This document shows, in pieces, positions 1 to 9,811 of a stretch of DNA of 64,000 bases. Position 1 is the stretch's first letter, and the number at the start of each line of letters is the position of its first letter. The notes under the pieces were generated by a model. That model had not been told where the DNA came from. It saw nothing but the letters and a program-made list of their open reading frames with translations, and searched no databases. A program made the position numbers and the translations under genes. Origin of the DNA: Actinomycetes bacterium (lineage in GTDB: Bacteria; Actinomycetota; Coriobacteriia; WRKU01; WQUG01). The DNA lies in contig JAISUC010000003.1 of assembly GCA_031272275.1 (NCBI GenBank), positions 92,214 to 156,213 of the forward strand. The letters run 5' to 3'.

Positions 1-734
1 GCGATGGTTCCGTTTGCCAGAAACGCCACCGTGTCCGCGATGTGTTTGGCAAAGGTCATCTCGTGGGTTGCCATCACAATGGTGGCGCCGTCTTTTTTCA
101 GGTCGCTGACCAGATCCAGCACCTCGCCCACCAACTGCGGGTCCAGCGCGCTGGTGATTTCATCTAACAGCAGCAGCTTGGGGCTGTTCACGATGGCGCG
201 CGCGATGGCGACGCGTTGTTGTTGTCCACCGGACAGCTGATCGGGGTACGCCTTTGCCTTGTCGGCGATACCGATGCGTTCCAACACCGCCAGTCCCGCG
301 GCCTCTGCCACGTCGCGTGGCTGTTTCAGCACCTTGCGCCCTGCCAGTGTCACGTTTGCCAACACCGTCATATGCGGAAACAGGTTGTAGTGCTGAAACA
401 CCACGCCGATTTGCGCGCGTATCGCATCCGCATCGGCGCGGGGATCCGAAATATCGTCGCCGTCCAGAAAAATCTGGCCGTCGTCTATCTGTTCCAACAG
501 ATTGATGGTTTTCAGTAGCGTCGATTTTCCGCTGCCGGACGCGCCGATCAGACACACGACCTCGTGTTCTGCGACATCCAGGTCGATACCGCGCAGCACC
601 GGGGTTGCACCGAACGATTTATGTATATTACGCAATTGCAGGACGGGTTGGGACGCGACGACGCGCGGGGACGTGCTCCCCCGTGTGGTTTCCATCGCAC
701 GCGTGCCGGACACGCTGCCCGCTACGCCTAGCAT
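1..734 (-). CDS. Amino-acid ABC transporter ATP-binding protein (C-terminal end runs off the window)
   Basis: Reverse-strand translation from the ATG at 734 gives Walker A GASGSGKST, ABC signature LSGGQQQRVAIARA and Walker B LLLLDE. The start abuts the stop of the upstream permease (735). It is absent from the ORF track because no stop lies in the window. Plus-strand ORFs 4..240 and 216..518 are its antisense shadows. Confidence 0.85.
   Translation of the reverse strand, partial: MLGVAGSVSGTRAMETTRGSTSPRVVASQPVLQLRNIHKSFGATPVLRGIDLDVAEHEVVCLIGASGSGKSTLLKTINLLEQIDDGQIFLDGDDISDPRADADAIRAQIGVVFQHYNLFPHMTVLANVTLAGRKVLKQPRDVAEAAGLAVLERIGIADKAKAYPDQLSGGQQQRVAIARAIVNSPKLLLLDEITSALDPQLVGEVLDLVSDLKKDGATIVMATHEMTFAKHIADTVAFLANGTI
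667..682 (+). repeat. Motif variant GGGGACGTGCTCCCCC inside the 5' end of the ABC ATPase gene
   Basis: T-to-G variant of the core. On the coding (minus) strand it is read as G-S-T-S-P, in the non-conserved N-terminal extension before the Walker A region. Confidence 0.8.
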
Positions 735-1688
735 CTAGACCACCCCCTGCGATTCTTCGCGTGCGCGGCGGCGATCCGAATACCAGTCGGTCAGGCGGAT
801 GAACGGCCAGCTCATGACGACGAACATCAGACCTGCGACCAGGTACGGCGTGAAATTAAAGGTATGCGCCGTTTCGATTTGTGCGGCGCGGACCGCGTCT
901 TTGATGCCCAGAACGCTGACCAGGCCGACGTCTTTTTGCAGCGAGACGAAGTCGTTCATCAGCGGCGGGATGACCTTGCGCAGCGCCTGGGGCAGCACCA
1001 CCAGTCGTAGCGTCTGCCCGTAGCTCAGGCCCAGGCTGCGTGCGGCGGCGCGCTGGGAGGGATGCACGGTTTGGATGCCTGCGCGGATGACTTCTGCGAC
1101 GTAGGCCGAATAGCTCAGTATCAGCGCGATGGTACCCAACAGGCTGGCGTCGATACGCCCGAACAGCCCCAAGCCCGGGACGCCGAACCCAATCAGATAC
1201 AGCACGATAATCAGCGGCAGTCCGCGAAAGAAATCGGTATAGGCGGCCGCCAGAAAACGCAGCGGGAAAAAGACCGGGGAACGCAGCGTGCGCATGACCG
1301 CGATGGCTGTTGCCAGCACCGCCACACCCAGCACGGAAAAGAACAGGATGCGCAGGTTCATCAACAGCCCCTTTCCCACTAGGGGCAGGGCGTCGACGAA
1401 GTGCTTCGGGCTGAAAAAGGCTTCTTGGACTTTGTCCCAACCGGACGAATAGTTCAAAACCAGCACGATCGCGACAAAGAACACAATCGTGCTGACAACC
1501 GAAATGGCCACGCTGCGTCCGGTCTGACGCCGCCTGAACCGGCGACGCCCCAGCTCGATGTCGCTGATCGGTGCATCCGCCGGGAGCCCTGTCGGCGGCA
1601 GTTCTACCGGCGGTTCAGCCGAGACCGCATCCGCCGGGCGTTCTGCGGGCGGTTCAGTCTGTTGCTCTGTCGGTGCCGGCGGTGTCAA
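735..1688 (-). CDS. Amino-acid ABC transporter permease (His/Glu/Gln/Arg-type) with a Pro/Glu-rich N-terminal extension
   Basis: 317-aa ORF with multiple TM segments and the EAA-like loop region (SQRAAARSLGLSYGQTLRLVVLPQALR). It sits between the binding-protein and ATPase genes. The true start within the Pro-rich N-terminus is uncertain. Confidence 0.85.
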   Translation of the reverse strand: MTPPAPTEQQTEPPAERPADAVSAEPPVELPPTGLPADAPISDIELGRRRFRRRQTGRSVAISVVSTIVFFVAIVLVLNYSSGWDKVQEAFFSPKHFVDALPLVGKGLLMNLRILFFSVLGVAVLATAIAVMRTLRSPVFFPLRFLAAAYTDFFRGLPLIIVLYLIGFGVPGLGLFGRIDASLLGTIALILSYSAYVAEVIRAGIQTVHPSQRAAARSLGLSYGQTLRLVVLPQALRKVIPPLMNDFVSLQKDVGLVSVLGIKDAVRAAQIETAHTFNFTPYLVAGLMFVVMSWPFIRLTDWYSDRRRAREESQGVV

Positions 1689-1763
1689 ACGTTTCCCTCG
1701 CGTTGTCGTCCGGGCGCAGAACAGCGCATCGCCTGCGCCCGGAATACAAAATCTGTGCCCGCG

Positions 1764-2642
1764 CTATTTCAGAATCACGGCGTCGGCATTTGCAGCCAGC
1801 CACTGTTCTGCCAGCTGGCTCAGCACGCTTTCTGCGCGCAGCTCGTCGACGGCGGCACTGACCGCATCGGTCAGCGGGCTGTCTTTCGCCAGCAGGATGC
1901 CCAGCTCGTCTCCGCCCTCGGTGCCGTCGATGATACCGATGATTTTGCCGTCGTCCAACTGGGCTGCCGTCGCATAATACGCCGTCGGGACGTCCAGCAC
2001 CACCGCGTCGATCTGGCCGCTGTTCAGCGCCTGAATCGCGGCGTCGTTGTCGTTATACGGGTTCACGCTGTCGGCGAACTTCTCTTCGGCGACGCGCAGG
2101 CTGGTCGTACCCGACGCGGCGCCTATAATCGCGCCCTCCAGCTCTGCCAGCGTCTTTGCCCCCGCATACGCATTGTCGCTGTTGGTGACCAGCGCCTGGC
2201 TGGTGATGTAATACGGACTGGAAAAATCAACGGCCTGCTTGCGCTCGTCGGTGATGGAAAACTGCTGGATATTCAGGTCGAAATCCTTCGGCCCCGGTGC
2301 GATGGCAGCCTCGAACTGCGACCGAGTCCACACCACATCCTCTTTCGCGAACCCCAGCTTTTCTGCGACCGCATAAATGACCGCAGGCTCGAATCCCTCG
2401 CCCGTCTCGGGCTTGTCGTCGATGACCCAGGGATAATACGCCGGCTCGCCGGTTGCGACCGTCAGCTTGCCCGGCACCAAAGTCAACTGCGTGATGTCGG
2501 CAATCCCCCCTTGCGTTTCCGCTGTTTCGGTGGCCTCTGGCTCGGTCGTGTCTGCGACCTCGGCCTTTTTGCATCCGACCACCGCAATCGCCCCGGCAAC
2601 CAATGCCACTACCAGCAGCAACACCCATGCTTTCTTGAACAT
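1764..2642 (-). CDS. Amino-acid ABC transporter substrate-binding lipoprotein
   Basis: Signal peptide plus lipobox (MFKKAWVLLLVVALVAGAIAVVGC). The body resembles a family-3 solute-binding protein. A strong GAGGAGG RBS precedes the ATG. It is first in the minus-strand SBP-permease-ATPase operon. Confidence 0.85.
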   Translation of the reverse strand: MFKKAWVLLLVVALVAGAIAVVGCKKAEVADTTEPEATETAETQGGIADITQLTLVPGKLTVATGEPAYYPWVIDDKPETGEGFEPAVIYAVAEKLGFAKEDVVWTRSQFEAAIAPGPKDFDLNIQQFSITDERKQAVDFSSPYYITSQALVTNSDNAYAGAKTLAELEGAIIGAASGTTSLRVAEEKFADSVNPYNDNDAAIQALNSGQIDAVVLDVPTAYYATAAQLDDGKIIGIIDGTEGGDELGILLAKDSPLTDAVSAAVDELRAESVLSQLAEQWLAANADAVILK

Positions 2643-2724
2643 CGTTCACTCCTCCTCATGGTTGGCGGCCGTGCTGACCGCCGCGGCTCTCAACGTCCTC
2701 ATTATACAGAACGCCCAGCTGAGG

Positions 2725-2859
2725 GCAACAACGGCACAGGCGGGCTCGGGGCAGCGGGGGCAGCACAGGCGGGGGAGTACGTCCCGCACATCGCACACCC
2801 CGCAACCGCGCGCAGATAGACGCGCGCGCCGGGACGCACTCCCCCATGTGCCTTGCGCT
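2725..2859. repeat. Composite ~135-bp intergenic repeat, copy 1
   Basis: Near-identical to 5974..6117. It contains CACAGGCGG units, then GGGGGAGTACGTCCC (2771..2785) and the imperfect inverted arm GGGACGCACTCCCCC (2831..2845), separated by a GC-rich loop with its own GCGCGC hairpin. Confidence 0.9.
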
Positions 2860-2986
2860 GCAATAAGCCGGTACACATGGCGCGCCGGAGTTTATAGGGT
2901 TTATGGGCGCAGAGCAACACCGACCCGGGCGGGCTCGATGCCCACCCGGTTCGGATGTCACGATTAATAGAGCTGACAGCTTTGCT

Positions 2987-3964
2987 CTACGTGGCAGGCG
3001 CTTGCGATACTTCGGTATCGCTCACCTTGCCGCTGCCAAACTTGGAAACCACCCATTTCGTAATAAACGGGGCCGAAAATGAAGTCAGTACACACCCCAA
3101 TGCCATTTGTGCTGTGGCAGTTTGTGCATAGGGAGCGAACTGCGGCATAATCTCAGCGATAATACCGGGTACAGCTGCCGAAATGCCAGCTATCGAGCAA
3201 AATGCCACGCCGGCATATCCCGGACGGCGAATAATGAACTTGTCCGTCGCAAAAAACAGCGGGACGTTGATCACCAGGAAAATCACCGCTATCAGCAATC
3301 CCGAAGGTCCTGCCTTGACCGCGTTGACCAGATTGATATTCGACCCGAAGCAAAAGCCCAGAAACACCAGGCAAATCGGAGTCCCCGGTGCCATCAACTT
3401 CGCTATGGCCGCATCCAGATTCCCCAAAATCATCCCGATAATGAACGGAGCCAATACTGCCACGATACTCAACCAATCGAAACCACCTCCGCTGGAAATA
3501 TTCAGTATCAGGATGGGCAGCGCGGGCACTGCGACAATGTTCAACAAGCCGAATGCCGCCTCGTCGACATTGTCACCGAATTGCTGAACCAAGGCCATGT
3601 AGACCCCGGGGTTACAGCTGGACATGGCAATTACAAACGCCATGGCCGACACACCCAGAGCACCTTTTTCCCCAAAAATCCCAAACACAATGAGCGACGC
3701 CGCAAAGCCGATTATTATCTTTGCGACGCACAGAATACCGCCGCGTTTAATGGCCATACCTATTTGGTTCAGTTTGAGTTGTGAACCCGCAATAAACAGT
3801 ATGACCCCGACGATGGTCATGGTACCGGCTGACGTGAAAATACCCGAAGTGGCACTGCCGATTTGCAGTATCTGCGGCGCAACCGTATTGATGATGGCGG
3901 TAATCAACATCGGGATGATCATCAGCCCACCCGGAACTTTACCGACATACTTCATGATTTTCAT
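2987..3964 (-). CDS. 2-keto-3-deoxygluconate permease (KdgT)-family transporter
   Basis: About 10-TM protein starting MKIMKYVGKVPGGLMIIPML. I recognise it as KdgT-like from overall sequence character. A GGAGG lies 9 nt upstream of the ATG at 3964. The track ORF start at 4063 is an upstream extension. Confidence 0.7.
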   Translation of the reverse strand: MKIMKYVGKVPGGLMIIPMLITAIINTVAPQILQIGSATSGIFTSAGTMTIVGVILFIAGSQLKLNQIGMAIKRGGILCVAKIIIGFAASLIVFGIFGEKGALGVSAMAFVIAMSSCNPGVYMALVQQFGDNVDEAAFGLLNIVAVPALPILILNISSGGGFDWLSIVAVLAPFIIGMILGNLDAAIAKLMAPGTPICLVFLGFCFGSNINLVNAVKAGPSGLLIAVIFLVINVPLFFATDKFIIRRPGYAGVAFCSIAGISAAVPGIIAEIMPQFAPYAQTATAQMALGCVLTSFSAPFITKWVVSKFGSGKVSDTEVSQAPAT

Positions 3965-4087
3965 GTTGCAATTCCTCCTCTCCCGAAAAGTGGGCACCTG
4001 CACTGCAGTCTGCACGACAACCTGCACCGACACAGAAGCGCTACCTGCACCAACGCACAGCACAGATGCCTTGGACAGAAACTGCTC

Positions 4088-5056
4088 TTACTTCACGCCG
4101 AACAACTTACGTGCGTTACCGGCAAAGATTTCCTCTTGCACAGGTCCGATGACCGGGTGCGCGGCATAGTATTCCTTCATCTCTTTGCACAGCGCGGTCG
4201 CGACAGGTTCGGGCGTAAAGGGATAATCGGAGGCATACATCAGGTGATCTGCCGGTGCACAGTGCAACAAGATGTCACTGTTGGGATTGGCGTTTCCGGC
4301 ATTGTCGAAATACAAACGCTCGAAAATGGCGTCAACATCCACCTCGATCTCGATTCCCCTTCTGGCCAACATCCCGGCGATCATGCCGATGCGGCTGTAG
4401 ATGTTCGGCAAAAATGAACCGTTATGCGGTACCACCAGCTTGAAGTTCGGGTACCGACTGAACACGCCGTTGAAAATCATATTCAGCACAGCGCGGGTCG
4501 AATCAGCCAAAAACTCATACAGCGGTACAATCCAAGCAGAAAACACCCGTTCATTTACCGGCCAGGGCTTTGCCGGATGCATGATTACGGTCAGACCACG
4601 TTCGCTCGCCAGTTCGAACAGCGGATCCAGCGTGGGATCTCCCATATACAAGCCGCGGCTGTTCGTGGCGACCTTGATTGTCGTCGCATCCAGTTCATCC
4701 AGAGCATACAGTGCCTCTTCCATCGCCAGATCCACATTCGGGTGCGGTAAGGTTGCGGCCCACCCGAATCGATCCGGCAGCTTACGCTTCAGCTCCGCCG
4801 ACTGCTCATTAAACGACCGGCAGATCTCGGCACAGCGCTGATCGTTGTGATAATGCGGATGCGGGGATGCCAGCGTCAGCAGCGACCACTGAATGCCGGC
4901 ACGATCCATGTAATCCAAGTGTTTTTCCGGGGTCCAGTCGGTAACCATCGGAAAGCCGTCCTCGGTGAAAAAGTTGTTGCGCACCTCCTCCAGGTAATCG
5001 GGCCAAACCGCATGGCATTGCAAATCGTACATCGGACCATCATAGATTTCAGGCAT
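4088..5056 (-). CDS. Amidohydrolase-2 family metal-dependent hydrolase/decarboxylase (ACMSD / aryl-acid decarboxylase-like)
   Basis: 322 aa. The TIM-barrel amidohydrolase pattern includes an N-terminal H-x-H-like DLQCHAVWP, a central HPAKP, HNGSFLP and a C-terminal ASDYPF (metal-binding Asp). An AGGAGAG RBS is present. Confidence 0.7.
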   Translation of the reverse strand: MPEIYDGPMYDLQCHAVWPDYLEEVRNNFFTEDGFPMVTDWTPEKHLDYMDRAGIQWSLLTLASPHPHYHNDQRCAEICRSFNEQSAELKRKLPDRFGWAATLPHPNVDLAMEEALYALDELDATTIKVATNSRGLYMGDPTLDPLFELASERGLTVIMHPAKPWPVNERVFSAWIVPLYEFLADSTRAVLNMIFNGVFSRYPNFKLVVPHNGSFLPNIYSRIGMIAGMLARRGIEIEVDVDAIFERLYFDNAGNANPNSDILLHCAPADHLMYASDYPFTPEPVATALCKEMKEYYAAHPVIGPVQEEIFAGNARKLFGVK

Positions 5057-5225
5057 GTCATCTCTCCTTTCCGCAGCACTAGCGTGCCGTCAGACGTTTG
5101 GGTTCATCTGATTTCATTAAAGAATCGGGATGCGTGACATTCAAGCATCAGTGTTGCAGGTTCTGTTCGATACGAGACACCGACGAACAAAACTGTCCTA
5201 TATCGGACACATTTCAGTAAATCGG

Positions 5226-5840
5226 TTACTTTTGACGTTCAGAAGCAAAGCAAACAGATGCCAAGCCCAGATTTTTCAGCACACAGCCACAGGTGATGGC
5301 GACCAATTCTCGTGCAGCCTCTTGGGGAGTGCGTCCCTCGCCGTAATTCAAAAAGTTCTCCATGAGCCCCAGGTGCGCAGATACCACATAAACTGCCAAG
5401 TTATGTGGATTAATGGGCACCACCAAACGCTCACGATGGTACTCAAATAGCCCCTGGTAATAATCGTAGCCCTGCTGCCGTGCCAGGGGGTAAAAATTAG
5501 CGATGCCGTTTTCGCTCATCAGCAGACGGTATTTGTTGCGGTGCTTCTCTACATTTTCAAAATAGGAAGTATAAAACTCCATGGCACCGACAGGCTCAAT
5601 CAGGCGATTGTAATCCCAGGTCGGTCGAACGAATTTCTTTACGTAAATTCCGACAATTCGCTCAATCAGATCCGGCATATCCAGATAGTGCTTATAGAAG
5701 GTGGATCGTCCTATTAAAGCTGTCTGCGTTATGTCGGTTACCGTCACATTGTAGGCATTCTTGCGTTCAAGCAGAGTGAAAAAAGCGCTCTCGATCGCCG
5801 CGAGCGTCTTTTGCACGCGCAAATCATGTTTCCCACTCAT
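5226..5840 (-). CDS. TetR-family transcriptional regulator
   Basis: The N-terminal HTH region (KTLAAIESAFFTLLERKNAYNVTVTDITQTALIGRSTFYKHY) is typical of TetR_N. It is 204 aa and sits directly upstream of the amidohydrolase and permease. Confidence 0.8.
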   Translation of the reverse strand: MSGKHDLRVQKTLAAIESAFFTLLERKNAYNVTVTDITQTALIGRSTFYKHYLDMPDLIERIVGIYVKKFVRPTWDYNRLIEPVGAMEFYTSYFENVEKHRNKYRLLMSENGIANFYPLARQQGYDYYQGLFEYHRERLVVPINPHNLAVYVVSAHLGLMENFLNYGEGRTPQEAARELVAITCGCVLKNLGLASVCFASERQK

Positions 5841-5973
5841 GATCTCCCGCCTTCTCTGGTAATCGAATAGTGACGAGACGCACTTAGATTTTAGGCGTTA
5901 CCCGATACCTTTGTAAGGTTTCCTGACAAAGCTGAACAAAAAACGGGCAACTGTGCACGAACCTGACCGGTCT

Positions 5974-6117
5974 GCAACAACGGCACAGGCGGGCACGGGG
6001 CAGCGGGGGCAGCACAGGCGGACACAGGCGGGGGAGTACGTCCCGCACATCGCACACCCCGCAACCGCGCACAGATAGACGCGCGCGCCGGGACGCACTC
6101 CCCCATGTGCCTGCGCT
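5974..6117. repeat. Composite ~135-bp intergenic repeat, copy 2 (one extra CACAGGCGG-containing unit)
   Basis: Same orientation as 2725..2859. Arms are at 6030..6044 (GGGGGAGTACGTCCC) and 6090..6104 (GGGACGCACTCCCCC). It carries an 11-bp internal duplication relative to copy 1. Confidence 0.9.
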
Positions 6118-6120
6118 CCG

Positions 6121-7932
6121 TTATGCGGCGCGGGACTTTTTGCGTTCCTTTTCGGTCAGCAGTTTCTTGCGCAGGCGGATGCTTTCGGGTGTGACCTCGA
6201 CCAGCTCGTCGTCCTCGATGTATTCCAGCGCCTCTTCCAGTGTGAAAGTCTGCGGCGGCGCCAGAATGATCGCTTTGTCCGCGCTGGATGCGCGCATGTT
6301 GGTCAGCTGCTTTGCCTTTGCGACGTTCACGACCAAGTCACCCTGTTTGGCGTTCTCGCCGACAATCATGCCCTCATAGCATATGTCGCCCGGTTTCACG
6401 AACAGCACCCCACGTTGCTGCAGGGTATCCAGCGCATACGCCACGGCCTTGTCCGTCGACATCGCAATCAGCGAGCCCTGTTGGCGCCCGCCCATCTCGC
6501 CGCGCCAGGGCCCGTACTCGCTGAAATGATGCCACAGGACGGCCTCGCCGCGCGTGGCGTTCAGCAGCCGGCTGCGTAGCCCCATCGTCCCGCGCGACGG
6601 AATCTTGAACTCCAGATGCACCTGCTCGTCGTGTTGTGCCATGTCGCTCATTTCCCCGCCCGATGCGCCGAAAATCTCGATCACTTTGCCGGCGTAGTCG
6701 CTGGGCACATCGACTGCCGCCAGCTCGATCGGCTCCAGCTTTTCGCCGTTTGCGCCGCGCTTGATGATGACCGCGGGACGGCCCACCTGAAACTCGAAGC
6801 CCTCGCGGCGCATGGTTTCCATCAGCACCGACAGGTGCAAGACCCCGCGACCTGCGACCTCCATGCCGCGCTTGTCCTCGGTTTCGGTAATCCGCATCGC
6901 AATATTGGACTCCGCCTCGCGCAACAGGCGCTCCTTCAGCTGCCTGCCGCCGACAATCGTTCCTTCCTGTCCCACCAGAGGACTGGTCGACGCCTCGAAC
7001 ACGACCGACATCGTGGGCTCTTCGACCTCGATGGGTGTCAGCGCCGGCGGCTCGTCTGCGGTTGTGTACAAATCGCCGATGTCGGTGTCGTCCACGCCCA
7101 CCACCGCCGCGATGTCGCCGGCACCCGCCGACTCGGCCTCGACACGACCCAGTGCCTCGAACGTGAACAGCTGCTTCACATTGGCGGTAAAGCGCGTCCC
7201 GTCGTTTTTCATGACCGTCAAACGCTGCCCGGATCGCAGCGTCCCCGAATAAATGCGTCCCACACCGATACGTCCCACATAGCTGGAATAATCGATCTGG
7301 CAAATCTGCAGCGCAACCGGTCCCGTCGGGTCGACATCCGGTGCCGGGATATGCTCGACAATCGCGTCCAACAGCACGGACATATCGGTGTCACCGTCGG
7401 TGGGTTCGCGGCGCGCATAGCCTGCGGTCGCACTGGTATAGACCACCGGGAAATCCAGCTGTGCGTCGTTTGCGCCCAGCTCCAACATCAGCTCGAAGAC
7501 CTCGTCCAAGACCTCGTGCGGGCGTGCCCCGTCGCGGTCGATTTTGTTGATCACCACCATGGGCTTCAGGCGGTTTTCCAGGGCTTTTTTCAGCACAAAG
7601 CGCGTCTGCGGCATCGGCCCGTCAAACGCGTCCACCAGCAACAGACAACCGTCTGCCATTTTCAGCACGCGCTCGACTTCGCCGCCGAAATCAGCGTGCC
7701 CGGGCGTGTCGATCACGTTGATTTTCACGTCCTTCCAGCGGATGGAAAAGTTCTTCGCCAAAATGGTGATGCCCCGCTCGCGTTCCTGGTCGTTACTGTC
7801 CAGCACGCGCTCTGCCACCTGTTGGTTGGCGCGAAACACGCCCGTGTCGGCAAGCAGCCGGTCCACCAGCGTGGTCTTTCCGTGGTCGACGTGCGCGATA
7901 ATCGCGATATTGCGTAAGTTCTGTTGCAGCAT
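6121..7932 (-). CDS. typA: Translational GTPase TypA/BipA
   Basis: 603 aa with G1 [17 protein letters not shown] and NKID. The EF-G-like domain order is full length. Confidence 0.95.
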   Translation of the reverse strand: MLQQNLRNIAIIAHVDHGKTTLVDRLLADTGVFRANQQVAERVLDSNDQERERGITILAKNFSIRWKDVKINVIDTPGHADFGGEVERVLKMADGCLLLVDAFDGPMPQTRFVLKKALENRLKPMVVINKIDRDGARPHEVLDEVFELMLELGANDAQLDFPVVYTSATAGYARREPTDGDTDMSVLLDAIVEHIPAPDVDPTGPVALQICQIDYSSYVGRIGVGRIYSGTLRSGQRLTVMKNDGTRFTANVKQLFTFEALGRVEAESAGAGDIAAVVGVDDTDIGDLYTTADEPPALTPIEVEEPTMSVVFEASTSPLVGQEGTIVGGRQLKERLLREAESNIAMRITETEDKRGMEVAGRGVLHLSVLMETMRREGFEFQVGRPAVIIKRGANGEKLEPIELAAVDVPSDYAGKVIEIFGASGGEMSDMAQHDEQVHLEFKIPSRGTMGLRSRLLNATRGEAVLWHHFSEYGPWRGEMGGRQQGSLIAMSTDKAVAYALDTLQQRGVLFVKPGDICYEGMIVGENAKQGDLVVNVAKAKQLTNMRASSADKAIILAPPQTFTLEEALEYIEDDELVEVTPESIRLRKKLLTEKERKKSRAA

Positions 7933-7941
7933 ACCTGTCCT

Positions 7942-9264
7942 CTATCCTTTTCGTTCGATGATGTGCAGATTCTCCAGCACCAGTCGCGCAATCTGCCGGG
8001 CGGCGGGTATGTGCGAGAGTGCGACATAGCGTTCCAAAAACTGTTGTTGTTCCGCCGTCGGTACCGTCACCGCCGACATCCGTGCGCACAACTCGCGTGC
8101 GTCTGCGCACGCCGCGTCCGGCATCTCTGCGCGCGGGTCCACGTTCAGGCCCCGCTCGCGCACGTAGTCGTCGATGTCGAACACGTAAAACCACAGCGGC
8201 TTGCCCGCGACGGCGGCCTCGAAAGCCACGGCGGAATAATCGGTCACGACGTGATCTGCCAACACCAACAAATCCAAGGTGTCAATCGGCGGGTTGACGT
8301 GCACGTGTGCGTGGCGTGTCACGGCGGGGGAGTACGTCCCGGACCCGGTTGCGACGCCCGCGGGCCGTGCATCAGACGCGTAGGTGGGGGATGACTCCCC
8401 CACATCCGGGACAGCCGCCGTGTGTCGGGCACGTTCAGTGACGCGGTCGTCGCTGCGAAAATGCGTCTTTACCACCAGAGTGTAGTCGTGTTCGGCACAG
8501 GCAGCGGCCAGTTCGTCCAGCGCCTGCAGCCAGCGTTCGTAGGCCGCATCCGTATCGCGAAAGGTCGGGGCATAGAACACCAGCGGGCGGCCCCGAAACA
8601 GTGCCGGGTGTGCCGCCATCAGGTGGTCGATGCGGTTCAGGTCGGGTGCGCGCAGCACATCACAGCGCGGCAGCGCCAGCGGACGGATGCGGGCGCGCGG
8701 GACGTGAAAGGCGTGGCTGAAGGTGACGATCGAGGCCCTGCCGCCGCACAGCAGGTTCGTATAGTTCGCGTGCATGCGCAGCGCCTCCGCCAGTGCGCGG
8801 GGGCGTCCGCCCGGGGTGTCCAGCGCCTGCCAGCTGAAACGTTTGATGCCACCCAGCGCGTGCCAGCACTGCAGGACATACAGGCTGCTGCGCTGCGGAA
8901 ACCAGCTGACGGCGACCGAATAGCCGTCCAGGATGACTGCGCGAGCCGACGCGATGGCCCACAGTTCCGCGACCGTTTTGGTGAAATGGCCCAGAAAGCG
9001 TTTGCGGCAGGTCGCGTCGCTGCAACACAGTGTCTGGATTTTCAGGCTGCGGTCCTTGGCTGCCAGTTCCGCTTTCAGCAGCACAAAATCAACCGGCAGG
9101 TGGTCACTTTGACGCGAAAGAAAGACGACCTTGTCGGAAGGTCGTCTGACTAGTTTGATGGCTCCGTAGAATACGACGGCAAAGGGACGTATGCAACGGA
9201 TGATGAAAGCGGTAAAGCCCATACCCGAATTCCCGGTCGACGCGCGTCCTGTGGCAAAAGGCAC
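7942..9264 (-). CDS. CDP-glycerol glycerophosphotransferase (TagB/TagF) family protein with an internal insertion
   Basis: Family motifs [19 protein letters not shown] and [12 protein letters not shown] are present. It is 440 aa and carries a ~35-40-aa extra segment relative to paralogs in this window. Confidence 0.75.
   Translation of the reverse strand: MPFATGRASTGNSGMGFTAFIIRCIRPFAVVFYGAIKLVRRPSDKVVFLSRQSDHLPVDFVLLKAELAAKDRSLKIQTLCCSDATCRKRFLGHFTKTVAELWAIASARAVILDGYSVAVSWFPQRSSLYVLQCWHALGGIKRFSWQALDTPGGRPRALAEALRMHANYTNLLCGGRASIVTFSHAFHVPRARIRPLALPRCDVLRAPDLNRIDHLMAAHPALFRGRPLVFYAPTFRDTDAAYERWLQALDELAAACAEHDYTLVVKTHFRSDDRVTERARHTAAVPDVGESSPTYASDARPAGVATGSGTYSPAVTRHAHVHVNPPIDTLDLLVLADHVVTDYSAVAFEAAVAGKPLWFYVFDIDDYVRERGLNVDPRAEMPDAACADARELCARMSAVTVPTAEQQQFLERYVALSHIPAARQIARLVLENLHIIERKG
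8326..8340 (-). repeat. 15-mer motif copy (GGGACGTACTCCCCC on the minus strand), intragenic
   Basis: Exact match inside the TagF-like CDS. It is read as G-T-Y-S-P in the gene frame. A second hairpin, GGGGGATGACTCCCCC, lies at 8386..8401. Confidence 0.9.
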
Positions 9265-9283
9265 AGGCGCGCATCAACTGCGC

Positions 9284-9811
9284 CTATTTCCGTGCTTTGC
9301 TTTTGGCGGGGACTTTGGCGGCGGGCTTTTTCTTTGCAGCCGGTTTGGCTGCGGGCTTTGCTGCGGCCTTTTTGGTGGTGGGCTTTGCCGCGGCGCTTTT
9401 GGACTTGCTGCGCTTGGGGACCAGCGAGGTCAGCTTGACGCTTTTCAGGTAGTCGCTCACGATTTTGTCGAGTTTCTTCCAAGCATCGCGAACCATGCAC
9501 TCGTTTTCGTGCTCGCACCACTGTTCGGCCAGCGAACACCGCGAGCAAATCGGGTCGCCCTGTCCGACCTTGACGATATCGTACAGCGTGATTTTCTCCG
9601 CCGGCTTTGCCAGCATTGCGCCACCGCGCGCACCACGTGTGACCTTTATCAAACCGGCACCCGCCAAGTCATAGCTGATGCGGCGGGCAAACTGATACGG
9701 AACGTTATCCGCCTCGCTGATGGCGCGTACTGAAACCGGGCTTTCGACCCCGTATTCAGCGACACAGCGCATAATCCGGACTGCGTAATCCGTTCTACGG
9801 GTGATTTCCAT
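9284..9811 (-). CDS. Rrf2-family transcriptional regulator with a Lys/Ala/Pro-rich C-terminal tail
   Basis: N-terminal winged helix (MEITRRTDYAVRIM...). Cys cluster C92-x6-C99-x5-C105 resembles the IscR/NsrR Fe-S ligands. The last ~44 aa are AAKP/KKAA repeats. A GGAGG RBS is present. Confidence 0.85.
   Translation of the reverse strand: MEITRRTDYAVRIMRCVAEYGVESPVSVRAISEADNVPYQFARRISYDLAGAGLIKVTRGARGGAMLAKPAEKITLYDIVKVGQGDPICSRCSLAEQWCEHENECMVRDAWKKLDKIVSDYLKSVKLTSLVPKRSKSKSAAAKPTTKKAAAKPAAKPAAKKKPAAKVPAKSKARK

Noticed and set aside
1401-2819. 472-aa plus-strand ORF spanning the permease and binding-protein genes
   Set aside because: It is antisense to two well-supported ABC transporter genes. 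Its Arg/Gln/His/Cys-rich composition is typical of high-GC shadow frames, and it has no recognisable motifs or RBS.
5980-6032. Short tandem CACAGGCGG units that could hint at a CRISPR or minisatellite array
   Set aside because: There are only 2-3 irregularly spaced 9-nt units inside the 135-bp repeat, with no spacer-repeat periodicity and no cas genes. I treat them as internal structure of the composite repeat.
6616-7917. 433-aa plus-strand ORF (plus 6374..7303 minus in another frame) overlapping typA
   Set aside because: typA is full length with all GTPase motifs. These are alternative-frame or antisense shadows with Arg/His-rich low-complexity translations.
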